The notes beneath the pieces were generated by a model. It ran no database searches, was not told the origin of the DNA, and worked only from the letters and a program-made list of their open reading frames with translations. DNA of 64,000 nt from Thermoplasmata archaeon (GTDB lineage Archaea > Thermoplasmatota > Thermoplasmata > RBG-16-68-12), in NCBI GenBank assembly GCA_035636595.1, contig DASPYU010000016.1:193518-257517 (forward strand). Reading direction: 5' to 3'. Every line of letters begins with the position of its first letter. Positions within the stretch are counted from its first letter, which is position 1. Positions 48,646 to 58,793 of the stretch are shown in pieces. Position numbers and translations under genes: made by a program.

Positions 48646-48807
48646 ATCCCATCCCTCGGCTCGAGCGAGGCGGTCGCACCCGTTCGCGAGTATAAGGGCT
48701 TTATGTCGAGCACAGCGGGGTTCGAACTCGAGCCGCGTTTCGCACGTACCGCGTTCTCCGGAAGCCGTCCCAGACAAGCTTTATCGACGGGGGCGCTTGA
48801 CCCGCGT

Positions 48808-49860
48808 GTGGGACGACTCCACACGAATGTCGCGTTCGCTGCGGGAGCCGTCGCCGCGGTGTTCGTTTCGATTGCGATCCTCGGCGCGTACTTGGCCTCG
48901 GCGCCGTCCGAATCCGTCCTGCGGCTCGGCTATCTGCCGAACGTGACGCATGCCCAAGCCCTCTACGGCGTCTCGACCGGCGCGTACCAAACCGCCCTGG
49001 GAACTCCGTTCGCGGTCGACGCGCGGGCGTTCAACGCCGGCGGAACGGCGATGTCGGCGCTCCTGTCGAACCGCGCAGACCTCGTGTTCGTGGGTCCGTC
49101 TCCGACGCTCAACAGCCTGGCCATCGTCGGTCCGGACGTCATTCGGATTATCGCGGGCGGTGCGAGCGGAGGGGCTCTCTTCGTCATCCAATCCACGCTC
49201 AATCTGACCACGAGCGCGGACTACTCGGGGAAGAAGTTCGCGACGCCGCAGTTGGGAAACACGCAGGACCTTGCCCTGAAGCACTTCCTCCTCACGGAGG
49301 GACACCACACCGTGGATCAGGGTGGCGACGTCCAAGTGGTCAACGCCGCGAATCCGAACATCCTGACGCTCTTCCAGACTCGCCAGATCGATGGGGCTTG
49401 GGTCCCGGAACCGTGGGCCAGCCGGCTCGTCCTCGAAGCCGGCGGGAAAGTATTCTTAGACGAGAGAACCCTCTGGCCGAATGGACGCTTCGTGACGACG
49501 CAACTCGTGACGACGAAACGCTATCTTGACGTCCCCGCGCATCGGAACCTCATCAAGCGGTTTTTGGAGGCCCAGGTGAACCTGACGCTCCACCTCCAGA
49601 ACGCGACCGCCACCGACCGGGGCATCATCAACGACGCGATCGCGAATGCGACCGCGAGCCGCCTCGCCAACGGGACGATCGCGGCGGCGTTCACGAACAT
49701 GAACCTCACGTACGACCCGATCGAATCGTCGCTCGCCACGTACCTTACGTGGGCACAGGAGCTCGGACTTCTCCCGGCGGGCGTGAACACAACAGGCCTC
49801 TACGACCTGAGCCTTCTCAACGAAGTCCTCGCGAGCAAGGGATTGCCTCCGGTGACTTGA
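48808..49860 (+). CDS. Sulfonate/nitrate-type ABC transporter substrate-binding protein (SsuA-like)
   Basis: LRLGYLPNVTHAQA, ATPQLGNTQD, IDGAWVPEPW; start is uncertain. Confidence 0.85.
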   Translation: MGRLHTNVAFAAGAVAAVFVSIAILGAYLASAPSESVLRLGYLPNVTHAQALYGVSTGAYQTALGTPFAVDARAFNAGGTAMSALLSNRADLVFVGPSPTLNSLAIVGPDVIRIIAGGASGGALFVIQSTLNLTTSADYSGKKFATPQLGNTQDLALKHFLLTEGHHTVDQGGDVQVVNAANPNILTLFQTRQIDGAWVPEPWASRLVLEAGGKVFLDERTLWPNGRFVTTQLVTTKRYLDVPAHRNLIKRFLEAQVNLTLHLQNATATDRGIINDAIANATASRLANGTIAAAFTNMNLTYDPIESSLATYLTWAQELGLLPAGVNTTGLYDLSLLNEVLASKGLPPVT

Positions 49861-49861
49861 G

Positions 49862-50641
49862 ATGAAAGGCGCCACATTGAAGGTGGTCTCCCTAGGGAAG
49901 ACGTTCAACGGGAAGACGGGGACTATCGCGGCGCTTCGGGACATTAACCTCGAGACGCTGCAGGGGGAGTTCATCGCGATCGTGGGCCCGTCGGGGTGCG
50001 GGAAGTCCACCCTGTTGAACATCGTCGCGGGCCTAGAGGAACCGACGACCGGCTGGGTGGAGATGGACGGAGCGCGCGTCAAAGGGCCGGGCGCGGACCG
50101 CGTCGTCGTGTTCCAGGAGGCCGCGCTGTTCCCGTGGCTCGACGTCCAGGGGAACGTGCAGTTCGGACTGAGGGTCGCGGGCGTGCCTCGGAACGAGCGT
50201 CAAGCCCGCGTCGCCGAGTTCCTCAAGATGGTCCAGCTCGAGAACTTCGCTCGAGCGCGCATCCACGAGCTGTCCGGAGGGATGAAGAACCGGGTCGGGT
50301 TGGCGCGCGCGCTCGTCCTTCGACCGAGGGTCCTCCTGATGGACGAACCGTTCGCCGCCTTGGACGTCCAGATCCGCGAGGAGATGCAGACGGTCGTCCA
50401 GGACCTTTGGCAGAGGAATCTGACGACCACCCTCTTCGTCACGCACGACGTCCGCGAGGCCGCCGTCCTCGGCGATCGGATCGTCGTCCTTTCGCACCGG
50501 CCCGGGACGGTGAGTGCGATCCTCAAGAACGAAGCCCCCCGACCGAGGACGCCGAACGATCCCGCGGTCCTCGAAATCGTCCAGCGCACCAACGAAATCA
50601 TGAAGGCGGAGGTCCAATGGGCGAATCAGAATCCGCTGTAG
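49862..50641 (+). CDS. ABC transporter ATP-binding protein (SsuB/TauB-like)
   Basis: GPSGCGKST, LSGGM, LLMDEPFAALD. Confidence 0.93.
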   Translation: MKGATLKVVSLGKTFNGKTGTIAALRDINLETLQGEFIAIVGPSGCGKSTLLNIVAGLEEPTTGWVEMDGARVKGPGADRVVVFQEAALFPWLDVQGNVQFGLRVAGVPRNERQARVAEFLKMVQLENFARARIHELSGGMKNRVGLARALVLRPRVLLMDEPFAALDVQIREEMQTVVQDLWQRNLTTTLFVTHDVREAAVLGDRIVVLSHRPGTVSAILKNEAPRPRTPNDPAVLEIVQRTNEIMKAEVQWANQNPL

Positions 50642-51450
50642 CCACGGTGGCCGCGAGGGCGGCGGAGCGACGGGCGACCTCGCGCGATTTCGTCCATCTC
50701 ATCCCGATGGTCCTCGTCGCCGTCGGCTTCGTTGCAATCTGGGAGATCATCGTCCGGTTGCAAGTGTGGCCGCGCTACCTCTTCCCGGGGCCGACGGACG
50801 TGGTCGCCGCCTTCGTCGACCTCTGGAATCGAGCCGCGCTCACCCGCTCCATCCTCGCCACGCTGTCTCGTCTCGCCGTTGGATTCCTCCTGTCCCTGGT
50901 CCTGGGAGCCATCCTCGCCTTCCTGATGGTCCACTTCACGACGTTCGGAAAAGGGATCCAGCCCTATGTGCTGGGCCTGCAGACGTTCCCGTCCATCGCC
51001 TGGGTCCCCCTCAGTCTCGTCTGGTTCGGTTTCTCGGAAGCCGCGCTCCTGTTCGTCACGATCATCGGGTCCCTGTTCGCGGTCACCGTATCGTTCGCGG
51101 ACGCCCTGCGGACGGTGCCGCCAATCTATCTCAAGGCGGCCCGGAACATGGGATCCGACGGGATGGACCTCATCTTGCGCGTGACCGTCCCGGCGACGTT
51201 GCCGCACCTGATCTCGTCCGCGAAGGTCGGATGGTCGTTCGCGTGGCGGTCCCTCGTCGGCGCGGAGGTGATTTTCGCGACGGTGGGCCTGGGCTTCCTC
51301 GTCGAGCAGGGGAGCGAAGGCCCGAACATCGCCCAAGTCATCGCTGTCATGTTCGTGATCCTGGCCCTGGGTGTCGTGGTGGACCGCCTGGTCTTCTCCC
51401 GGACCCAAGAGTGGGTCAGCCGTCGGCGCGGTCTGCTCGCGACGCGATGA
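50617..51450 (+). CDS. ABC transporter permease (SsuC/TauC-like)
   Basis: LQTFPSIAWVP, AARNMG, WRSLVGAE, GLGF. Confidence 0.9.
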   Translation: MGESESAVATVAARAAERRATSRDFVHLIPMVLVAVGFVAIWEIIVRLQVWPRYLFPGPTDVVAAFVDLWNRAALTRSILATLSRLAVGFLLSLVLGAILAFLMVHFTTFGKGIQPYVLGLQTFPSIAWVPLSLVWFGFSEAALLFVTIIGSLFAVTVSFADALRTVPPIYLKAARNMGSDGMDLILRVTVPATLPHLISSAKVGWSFAWRSLVGAEVIFATVGLGFLVEQGSEGPNIAQVIAVMFVILALGVVVDRLVFSRTQEWVSRRRGLLATR

Positions 51451-51498
51451 ATACGTTAGCAAGGTCCGCGATGCAAATATCTGGGTCCGGGTTCGACG

Positions 51499-52308
51499 TC
51501 AGAGCAGGTCGAGGACGAGCTTCGCTGCCGCAATGAACAGGACGAGGATGAAGATGAGAGCGACCGGTCGCGTCCGAAGAGCGCGGAGGCCCCAGCGCGA
51601 ACCGACGTACGCCCCGACGAATACGACCGGGAAGAATAGCGGGATGAGGATGAAGTCCGACGGCCACACGAGTCCACCCGGGCGCAAGGCGAGATCCACC
51701 ACGTAGGTCGCGAAGCCCACGGCCGCCGTCGGGATGATCAGGAGAGACGACGTCCCGATCGCCTTTCGCGTGCGCCGGCCGAGGCCGTACACCATGAGCG
51801 GCACGTTCAGCAAGCCGCCGCCGATGCCCATGCTCCCGGAGAGGAATCCGGAACCGACCGTGGCGGCGGTGACGCTCGTCTTCCGCCGCGGTGTCATCTT
51901 CGATTCGTCGTCCTCGTCGACGTCCCTCGCGTTCTTGATCCAATCCCAGAGCATGTACGCGCCGAAGATCAGGATGACCGCGCTGAAGAACGCCTTGAAC
52001 GCCCGATCGTCCACGAGGAAGAGCAGCGTGAAGAGCGTCCCGAAGACCGCGCCGACGAGAGCGCCCGCGACGAGCGTGCCGCCGAGTCGGAAGTCGACGA
52101 GCCCTTTGCGGCGGTGGTTGATGACCGACGACGCCGCCGTTGCGATCGTAAACGTGAGGGAGATCGGCACCGCCACGTCGCTCCTCGTCACCCCGGTCGA
52201 CAGGAGAATCGGCACGAACAGCAGCCCACCACCGAGCCCGAGGTTCGCGTAGATGAACGCGACCGCGAAGATGAGGACGGCTTGGACGACCAGGAGAAAC
52301 GCGTCCAC
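51499..52308 (-). CDS. TauE/SafE sulfite exporter family
   Basis: GLGGGLLFVP and GIGGGLLNVP repeats, AIGTS. Confidence 0.9.
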   Translation of the reverse strand: MDAFLLVVQAVLIFAVAFIYANLGLGGGLLFVPILLSTGVTRSDVAVPISLTFTIATAASSVINHRRKGLVDFRLGGTLVAGALVGAVFGTLFTLLFLVDDRAFKAFFSAVILIFGAYMLWDWIKNARDVDEDDESKMTPRRKTSVTAATVGSGFLSGSMGIGGGLLNVPLMVYGLGRRTRKAIGTSSLLIIPTAAVGFATYVVDLALRPGGLVWPSDFILIPLFFPVVFVGAYVGSRWGLRALRTRPVALIFILVLFIAAAKLVLDLL

Positions 52309-52372
52309 GCCGCGCGAAGGCCAGGGCCGTATTAATGCCTAACGCGGTTATCGGACCGGCGGCCGGAGCGAC

Positions 52373-53233
52373 ATGGTCCTGCTCGTTCGGTTCGGGGAGC
52401 TCGCGCTGAAGAGTCGATTCGTGCGGCGTCAGCTCCGCGATCGTCTCGTCGCGAATATCCAGGACCTGTTCGCCGCGGAAGGCGTTGAGTGCATCACGGA
52501 AGCCGACGAGGCGCGGGTCTACGTCCACGTCGATGATGTTTCCGGGGCCCGGGGGATCCTGGCCCGCGTGTTCGGCGTCGTGTCCGTGAGTCCGGCGATC
52601 GAGACGAAGGCGACCGTGGAGTCCCTCCGGGAGGGCGTCCTCGGGGAAGCGGCGCGGGCCCTCGGATCGGGGAAGACGTTCGCGCTCCGGACCCGGCGCG
52701 TCGGCACGCATCCATTCACGAGCCAAGACCTCGCGAAGATCCTCGGGGACGATGTCCGGCGCGCGACCCCGGACGCGCGTGTCAACTTGAACAAACCCGA
52801 CGTCGAGATTCACATCGAGGTGCGCCAGAACCGCGGCTTCGTTTTCCGGGAGATGTGGCCGGGCCCGGGGGGCTTGCCGCTCGGAAGCCAAGGACGAGCC
52901 CTCGCGCTCGTGACGGACGAGGCAGGGCTGGTTGCCGCCTGGATGGGGATGAAGCGCGGGTGTCGTGTGACGATCGCGGCGCCCGAGGATGGCGCGCTCG
53001 TCGGGCCACTCCGTCGTTGGGACGTCCGATTGAAAGTCTTGGACCTGCCCACCGCGGACGGGCTCGTAGACCTCGTCAAGATCGCACGAGCGGACGCGGT
53101 CTTCCTCGGCACCCGTTGGCCCGCCTTCGAGTCGGACCACCGTCCGCTCCTCCCCGTCCCGGTCTTCGAGCCCGTAATCGGGCTCACGCCCGACGAGATC
53201 GGCGGTCTCGCGACGCGGATTCGAGCGGCGTAA
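52373..53233 (+). CDS. THUMP-domain ThiI-like protein with degenerate PP-loop
   Basis: VRFGELALKS, THUMP domain, GPGGLPLGSQG, then LALVTDEAG where SGGxDS is expected. Confidence 0.75.
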   Translation: MVLLVRFGELALKSRFVRRQLRDRLVANIQDLFAAEGVECITEADEARVYVHVDDVSGARGILARVFGVVSVSPAIETKATVESLREGVLGEAARALGSGKTFALRTRRVGTHPFTSQDLAKILGDDVRRATPDARVNLNKPDVEIHIEVRQNRGFVFREMWPGPGGLPLGSQGRALALVTDEAGLVAAWMGMKRGCRVTIAAPEDGALVGPLRRWDVRLKVLDLPTADGLVDLVKIARADAVFLGTRWPAFESDHRPLLPVPVFEPVIGLTPDEIGGLATRIRAA

Positions 53234-53896
53234 TCACTTGCCCTTGCGCTCGTGCCGCGAGATGCTGGGCCGCACCTTCTCGGCGCCTTTCCCTTTGTAC
53301 AAGAGGCCGCGTCCCTTCTTCCCCGCGGACGTGAGGCCGCGGAACGCGCGGCCGCGGTTCGCCGGATTGCAGATCCAGTTGATCTTCGGATCCGCTTGGA
53401 TCGCGGGGTGCTGCGGGTCTACGAGGATGACTTCAAAATACTTATGGCCGCCGTCCTCGCCGACCCAGTAGGAGTTGAGGACCTCCAGGTTCGGGTATCG
53501 CTTCGCGGTGCGCTCTTCCGCAATCCGCTGGATGGACTTCGCCATCGTGATCTTCACGAGGCCGCGTCGCTTCGGATGGCGACCGCCCATCGGCCTCGGG
53601 CGACGCCGGCCGCCGCGGCGGACCCGTGCCCGCACAACGACGTAACCCTGCTTCGCCCGGTAGCCAAGCTCCCGCGCGCGGTCGATCCGCGTCGGCCGCT
53701 CGATCCTCACGAACGCGTTCCCGCGCCGCCACTCGACGAGCCGTCCAAAATGCGTTTCCTTGACGACTCCGCTCCGCGGGTTCTTCCATGCCTGCTTCAC
53801 GAAGGCGTACAGGTTCCGCGGCCGCGGCGGGGCTTTCTTCCCCTCCTCGCCCGCGATCGTGAGCTCCGGTCCCGGAGCGTTTGTCTCGTCGGCCAT
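53234..53896 (-). CDS. rpl15e: 50S ribosomal protein L15e
   Basis: [44 protein letters not shown]. Confidence 0.97.
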   Translation of the reverse strand: MADETNAPGPELTIAGEEGKKAPPRPRNLYAFVKQAWKNPRSGVVKETHFGRLVEWRRGNAFVRIERPTRIDRARELGYRAKQGYVVVRARVRRGGRRRPRPMGGRHPKRRGLVKITMAKSIQRIAEERTAKRYPNLEVLNSYWVGEDGGHKYFEVILVDPQHPAIQADPKINWICNPANRGRAFRGLTSAGKKGRGLLYKGKGAEKVRPSISRHERKGK

Positions 53897-53984
53897 GGCC
53901 TAACCCCCTGGATTTACGGATTCGCCCGAAGGTACATCTCCCGACCAGGGACGCTGAAAGCGCCGTGCCAAAGAGAGGATGGTA

Positions 53985-54401
53985 TTAAAGGGCTTCCCTT
54001 CGACGGATCCTCCGCCGGCCGTTTCCAGCGGGCATGCGAGCGCCGTGGACGTACGATTGAACGATGAGGCGCGCCGCCGATTCGACCTGGCCCATCGACC
54101 GCACGTCGAAACGTGAACGGAACCAACCCCACCCTTGCGTCTTTGGAGCGCGACGGGCGAGGCCGGCCGAATCCCGCAGGTCGCGCGGGCCGGGCAGGAT
54201 GAACACCTCGACCCGACCGCGCAGAGGTCGGATCTCCGCGAACACCCGATCCCGTTTCGTGCTCCGCCATGCGATCCAGTAGCGGCTCACCCGCTCGTCG
54301 AGGCGGTCCCGTCGCCGGGCCGTCTCGACCCGCACCCGGTGCCGCAGCGCCTCGACAATCTCCCGCGACGCATCACTCGTCCGATCGATGGCCGTCTCCA
54401 T
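53985..54401 (-). CDS. Hypothetical DUF5655-like protein
   Basis: ERVSRYWIAW...FAEIRP...D..GLAR...LIVQSY; ATG 54401 is 2 nt after the methyltransferase stop. Confidence 0.55.
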   Translation of the reverse strand: METAIDRTSDASREIVEALRHRVRVETARRRDRLDERVSRYWIAWRSTKRDRVFAEIRPLRGRVEVFILPGPRDLRDSAGLARRAPKTQGWGWFRSRFDVRSMGQVESAARLIVQSYVHGARMPAGNGRRRIRRREAL

Positions 54402-54403
54402 GT

Positions 54404-55153
54404 CTACCCTCCCGAAGCCCCAACGGGTTTTCGCACGATGAGGAGGAACTTGAAACCGCGGAGGAAGAAGTTGAACCGCCGGGCCCGGTGCTCCCACATC
54501 GGGGTCGCGGAGCGGTCGTTGTGCCGTACGAGGACGATCGTGTCGACGAGATCGAACGCGCCTTCGAGGCGGGCAAGCAGGCGCATCCCGACGGGCGTGT
54601 ACGTCCCGGCGCGGTACTCGTCCGCGACGATCCACGCAAGGACGCCCCGAGGGCGGAGGACACGCCGCGCCTCGGAGGCCACGCGCGACATCTCGTCGAA
54701 GAACCTCGGATCCCGACACGAGATCCTTCCGAGGCAACGCGGATCCGCGCTGTAGGCGATGTTGTCCGAATACGGCGAGTCGATCACGACGAGCGCGGCC
54801 GAGTCGTCGGTGAGAGGCAGGGCGCGGGCGTCGGCCCGGAGGATTTCCGAACGCCGTGGCGCGAGGTCAAACGAGACCGCCCGTCGACCGAGCGCGTTCG
54901 CGACGTCGCCAATTGTCCCGGAGCCGGACATCGGGTCCACGACGATTTCCCCGGGCCGGGTGTATCGGCGGACCAGGTTCTCCGCACATCGCGCGGGCGT
55001 GACTCCATTGAAGGAGGCGTCGCCCGCCTTCGGGTGGCCCGCGGATTGCGTTGGGAAGTCCCAGCACGTAGAGGCTTCGAGATCCGTCATCCCGAGCATG
55101 GCCCACGCCTCGGGGGGAAAGGCCGGGCGCGAGGACAGAGAGGCGAGGGCCAC
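54404..55153 (-). CDS. N4/N6 DNA methyltransferase-like SAM-dependent methyltransferase
   Basis: VVDPMSGSGT (motif I), IDSPY (motif IV-like), RRVLRPRG; start is uncertain. Confidence 0.75.
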   Translation of the reverse strand: MALASLSSRPAFPPEAWAMLGMTDLEASTCWDFPTQSAGHPKAGDASFNGVTPARCAENLVRRYTRPGEIVVDPMSGSGTIGDVANALGRRAVSFDLAPRRSEILRADARALPLTDDSAALVVIDSPYSDNIAYSADPRCLGRISCRDPRFFDEMSRVASEARRVLRPRGVLAWIVADEYRAGTYTPVGMRLLARLEGAFDLVDTIVLVRHNDRSATPMWEHRARRFNFFLRGFKFLLIVRKPVGASGG

Positions 55154-55224
55154 GATCTGGGTCTAGATCGGGATTGCATATGAACGACCCCTCCAGGGGG
55201 AGATGTGTGAAACTGAAAATCTGC

Positions 55225-56175
55225 CTAGCGGCCCGCGAATGTGCGAGCGCGCCGACGGACTGCCGGCGCGCTCGGATACGGATGCCGACGATCCTCCAGG
55301 TGCAGGGCGGCGGCGGCGTTCGCGAAGCGCAACGCTTCGGCAATCTCCGATTTGTACGCCCGCGCGAAGACGTACGCGGCGTTGAATACGTCCCCGCACC
55401 CGGTCGGGTTGTCAATCGGGACCGGGAACGCCGCAGCGCTCACTCGGTCGGATCGGGTGACGGCGGTCGCACCCCGGTCCGCCTGATGCACGACGACTTC
55501 CTGGGGCCCCCGGGAACACAGGTGCGCCGCGGCCTCGAGCGGATCGGTTCGACCCGCGACCGCGCACACCTCCGCCTCGTTGCCGAAGAACGTCGTCACG
55601 TTGCGCAAGCACGTGCGGACGGCCTCGAGTCGTTCGTCGGGCCAACCGCGAGGATCCGTTGACACATCGAGCGACGTCGCCAGCCCGGAGCGCCGAGCGC
55701 GGCCGAGGAGGAGCGAAGTCGGTTTGCCGATCAGCGACTCGGTCCACCAGAATCCGGATCGGTGGAGATGGTCCGCACCGCGGAAGAGGCCTGCGGGCAC
55801 GTCCCGGAGGCGGAGGCTCGCGTTCGCCCCGAGCGCCGTGATGAGGGCTCGTCCTCCGGCCGCCCATGTGAGGGCCATCGTCGCCCCGGTGGGAAGGCGC
55901 GGATCGATGCGCAACACGGCGCGCACTCCGTGGTGTCGATACGCCTTCCGGAGGATTTCGCCGTTCGGATCGGCCCCGATTGCCCCGACGAATGCGGTGC
56001 CCGCGCCGAGGCTCGCGATCGCGAGCGCGAAGTTCGTCGCGTTCCCGCCCGGCATCGCGTCGAGGGCGCGCACGTGACCCTGGAAGTCCGCGTGAGGGAT
56101 CGGCGGCAGCGGCGGCGTGACCAGGTCGACGATCGCATCGCCGACCGCGACGACGCGCGGCTGCCTCTGCGCCAT
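55225..56175 (-). CDS. PfkB-family carbohydrate kinase
   Basis: PGGNATNFA..LG, NEAE, NPTGCGDVFNAA. Confidence 0.9.
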   Translation of the reverse strand: MAQRQPRVVAVGDAIVDLVTPPLPPIPHADFQGHVRALDAMPGGNATNFALAIASLGAGTAFVGAIGADPNGEILRKAYRHHGVRAVLRIDPRLPTGATMALTWAAGGRALITALGANASLRLRDVPAGLFRGADHLHRSGFWWTESLIGKPTSLLLGRARRSGLATSLDVSTDPRGWPDERLEAVRTCLRNVTTFFGNEAEVCAVAGRTDPLEAAAHLCSRGPQEVVVHQADRGATAVTRSDRVSAAAFPVPIDNPTGCGDVFNAAYVFARAYKSEIAEALRFANAAAALHLEDRRHPYPSAPAVRRRARTFAGR

Positions 56176-56176
56176 C

Positions 56177-56335
56177 TCATCCCTTCCAGAGGCCCTGCCG
56201 CTTCAGCTCCTCGACGACGACCTTGTAGTCCGCGGGCCGCGCGCAACGCGGGCAGAAGAGACTCCCATGGGCGTCCCGGACCGGGTCCGGCCCCTCCCAT
56301 CCGCAGAATCGACAGGTGGCGTCCGTGAGTGCCAT
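56177..56335 (-). CDS. Zinc-finger micro-protein (52 aa)
   Basis: Not in the ORF track. MALTDATCRFCGWEGPDPVRDAHGSLFCPRCARPADYKVVVEELKRQGLWKG*; GAGGT SD; fills the polB-pfkB gap. Confidence 0.75.
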   Translation of the reverse strand: MALTDATCRFCGWEGPDPVRDAHGSLFCPRCARPADYKVVVEELKRQGLWKG

Positions 56336-56342
56336 CGCGACC

Positions 56343-58793
56343 TCAGAAGAAGTCTTCGAGCGTCAGCTTCTTCTCGACCTTGCGGGTCCGCTCGACGCCG
56401 GGAGCCTCGCCGAAGTCTTCGCTGAACAACGACTTCTGCTGTGCCGGCTGCGTGCCCGTGAACAGGGCCTTCTCGTCCCATCCGTAGACTTCCGTCACGT
56501 AGGCGAGGGTTTGGGCAATCCGCCGACCGTAGTACTCCCAGTCCGGCGCCTTCTCGAACTTGCGTCCGGAGAGGTAGGGCTCGACCTCCATCGGGGACTT
56601 CTTGTGGTCCGTGACGATCCAGGAGACCTTCATCCCGGGCATGAACTCCTCGCCCATCTCCTCGAGCTTCCGCGCCGCAATGACGTTGCTCATGGAGTCC
56701 GGGTTGACGTACTGGTTCTCCTCCTTGACGGTGCGCGAGATCACGATCATCTCGATCGGATTCTTCTCCACGTCCGGAAGCGGCGGATGGCCCGATCGGA
56801 CCTCCGCGACGATCCGCTTCGCGAGATCGATCGCGCCCTCCGGATCGTTGTCGAGGACCTTGTCGAACACGGCGAGCTGCGCCTCGCTCTGCAGCTCGAA
56901 CGCGTCCGTGCGGCGGATCTCGTAGCCGCGGACGACGAGGTCACCTTCGTTAGGCCACGCGACCTTGCCCGCGTACCGCTTCTTGCGTCCGTGGCTGAAG
57001 AGCGAGCGGTAGACCTTGTCGACCTCCATGCTGATCCGCCCGCGGGAGAACCGCTCCGCGGTCTTCCGCGCGAATTCCAGGGAAGGCTCGAGCCCCGGGG
57101 TCGGCGACTGGAAGAAGACGGAGTCCGTGTCGGCGTAGACGACCTTCACGCCTTCCGCCTCGAGTTCGCCGATGATCCCTTTGATCCGCTCCCGCGCGAA
57201 CGCGGTGATGGACGCGCCGACCTTCGGGTCGTTGAAGCGGTAGAACGAGGACGCGAGGACGCCGTAGAACGCGTTCATGAGGACCTTGATCGCGGCCTGG
57301 AGCCCGTCGTAGAACTCCTTCATCTGCGGGTCCTTCGCATCCCGCATCTTCACCCGCACCTCCTGGCGGTCCTTCATCAGGTTCGCGAGGATCACGGGGA
57401 GGAGCCCTTTCTTCACCTCCGCGGAGAGGAACTTGGCGCCCGTCGGGCTCTCGATCGTCCCGCTCGACGAGACGGTCGTGAAGCAGATGTTGTTCTCGAT
57501 GATGAGGGACGGATACATCGCCCGGAAGTCCAGGGAGATCACCCACTCGTACAGCCCGGGCTGCAGGCTGTGCACGTAGCCGCCTTCGATTTGCTCGACG
57601 CGACCGCCGCGCATCTTCATCATCGGCACCGCGACGCCCGCGCGGTCCGCGGCGCGGATCAGGATCGAGTCGATCAGGTTCGACGTGCGGCCGTGGAGCA
57701 CATCCTCCAGGGGGAGCTTGCTCACCGCCGCCAAGTCGAGCGTCTTCTCGATGCGCCGCACGCGCTCGAGGATCCTCAGGGAAAGCTCCGCGTCCTGGAT
57801 GCAGTACCGGATGACCTTGTCCTTGTCCCGCTCCCATTCCTCATCGATCTTCCCGCGTTCGAGCTCGTGCTTCCCTTCCCCGAGGAGCTGCTTCGCGACG
57901 TAGTCGAGCGTCTCCTGCTTCAGGTGCAGGGTCAGGCGCTCCGCCTTCACCGCCCACCAGACGTCCGTGAGGATCCGTCCGTCGATGCGCCAAAAGCGCT
58001 CGCCCATGTGGAAGAAGTCCGAGAAGTCGCGGGCGAGCTGTAGGTTGTGAATCCCGTTCTGCTTAGCCCGCTCGATGAGCACGGGCAGGTCGTATCCGTC
58101 GATGTTGTACCCGGAGATGATGTCCGGGTCCAAATCTTGGATGAGTTTCACGAACCGCTCGACGATCTCCCGCTCCTTGCCCGTGAGGATACGTGTCTTG
58201 ATCTCGTCGCCTTCGCGATACGCGACGCCGATGCAGAAGATGTGGCCGTCGTGGATGCTGTTCTCGATGTCGAAGCTCAGGATGCGCAACGCGGGCGGGA
58301 ACGGGTCGCAGTGCTCGAATCGCTCGGCGACCACGAAGAGGTCTGTCGTGTACCGGCCTGCGGCCTTCGCTTCCGTCCCGTGGACGCGGACGGCGGCCCC
58401 GAGGTCCATGTCGTAGATGAACCGGTGCTGGAACGGGATGTCCGCCTCGAACGGTGTCGATCCGAACCGGCGGGCCTTCTCCCGGTATTCGGGCGTCTTC
58501 CAGGGTTGACGGAGGACCACGCGGGCGCACGGGGTTGGCCGTCCCTCGACCTCGAGGGTGACGTCTTCGAAGGCCTGGACCTGCTTGTCCCGCGCGAACG
58601 CGCCGCGAAGCGCTTGCGGCGGAGATACGACGAAGAAGTACGGCTTGAATCCGGAGAACTCGACCGCGATGCTCTTGCCTTCCCGGGTGCGGCCGAAGAT
58701 CTGGATCACCGGCACCTGGGGCTCCTCGGGCCCGCTGGGCGGCTCGCGTCGGTACGATGCCGTGAGGATCCGAACATCCCAGAATTCGCTCAT
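56343..58793 (-). CDS. polB: Family B DNA polymerase
   Basis: Exonuclease SFDIE and GYNIDGYD; polymerase DFRAMYPS, KVLMNAFYG, YADTDS. Confidence 0.96.
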   Translation of the reverse strand: MSEFWDVRILTASYRREPPSGPEEPQVPVIQIFGRTREGKSIAVEFSGFKPYFFVVSPPQALRGAFARDKQVQAFEDVTLEVEGRPTPCARVVLRQPWKTPEYREKARRFGSTPFEADIPFQHRFIYDMDLGAAVRVHGTEAKAAGRYTTDLFVVAERFEHCDPFPPALRILSFDIENSIHDGHIFCIGVAYREGDEIKTRILTGKEREIVERFVKLIQDLDPDIISGYNIDGYDLPVLIERAKQNGIHNLQLARDFSDFFHMGERFWRIDGRILTDVWWAVKAERLTLHLKQETLDYVAKQLLGEGKHELERGKIDEEWERDKDKVIRYCIQDAELSLRILERVRRIEKTLDLAAVSKLPLEDVLHGRTSNLIDSILIRAADRAGVAVPMMKMRGGRVEQIEGGYVHSLQPGLYEWVISLDFRAMYPSLIIENNICFTTVSSSGTIESPTGAKFLSAEVKKGLLPVILANLMKDRQEVRVKMRDAKDPQMKEFYDGLQAAIKVLMNAFYGVLASSFYRFNDPKVGASITAFARERIKGIIGELEAEGVKVVYADTDSVFFQSPTPGLEPSLEFARKTAERFSRGRISMEVDKVYRSLFSHGRKKRYAGKVAWPNEGDLVVRGYEIRRTDAFELQSEAQLAVFDKVLDNDPEGAIDLAKRIVAEVRSGHPPLPDVEKNPIEMIVISRTVKEENQYVNPDSMSNVIAARKLEEMGEEFMPGMKVSWIVTDHKKSPMEVEPYLSGRKFEKAPDWEYYGRRIAQTLAYVTEVYGWDEKALFTGTQPAQQKSLFSEDFGEAPGVERTRKVEKKLTLEDFF

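Noticed and set aside
56343..58793. Inactivated or mobile-element PolB
   Set aside because: Catalytic motifs are intact and the context is housekeeping; no casposon or viral genes nearby.
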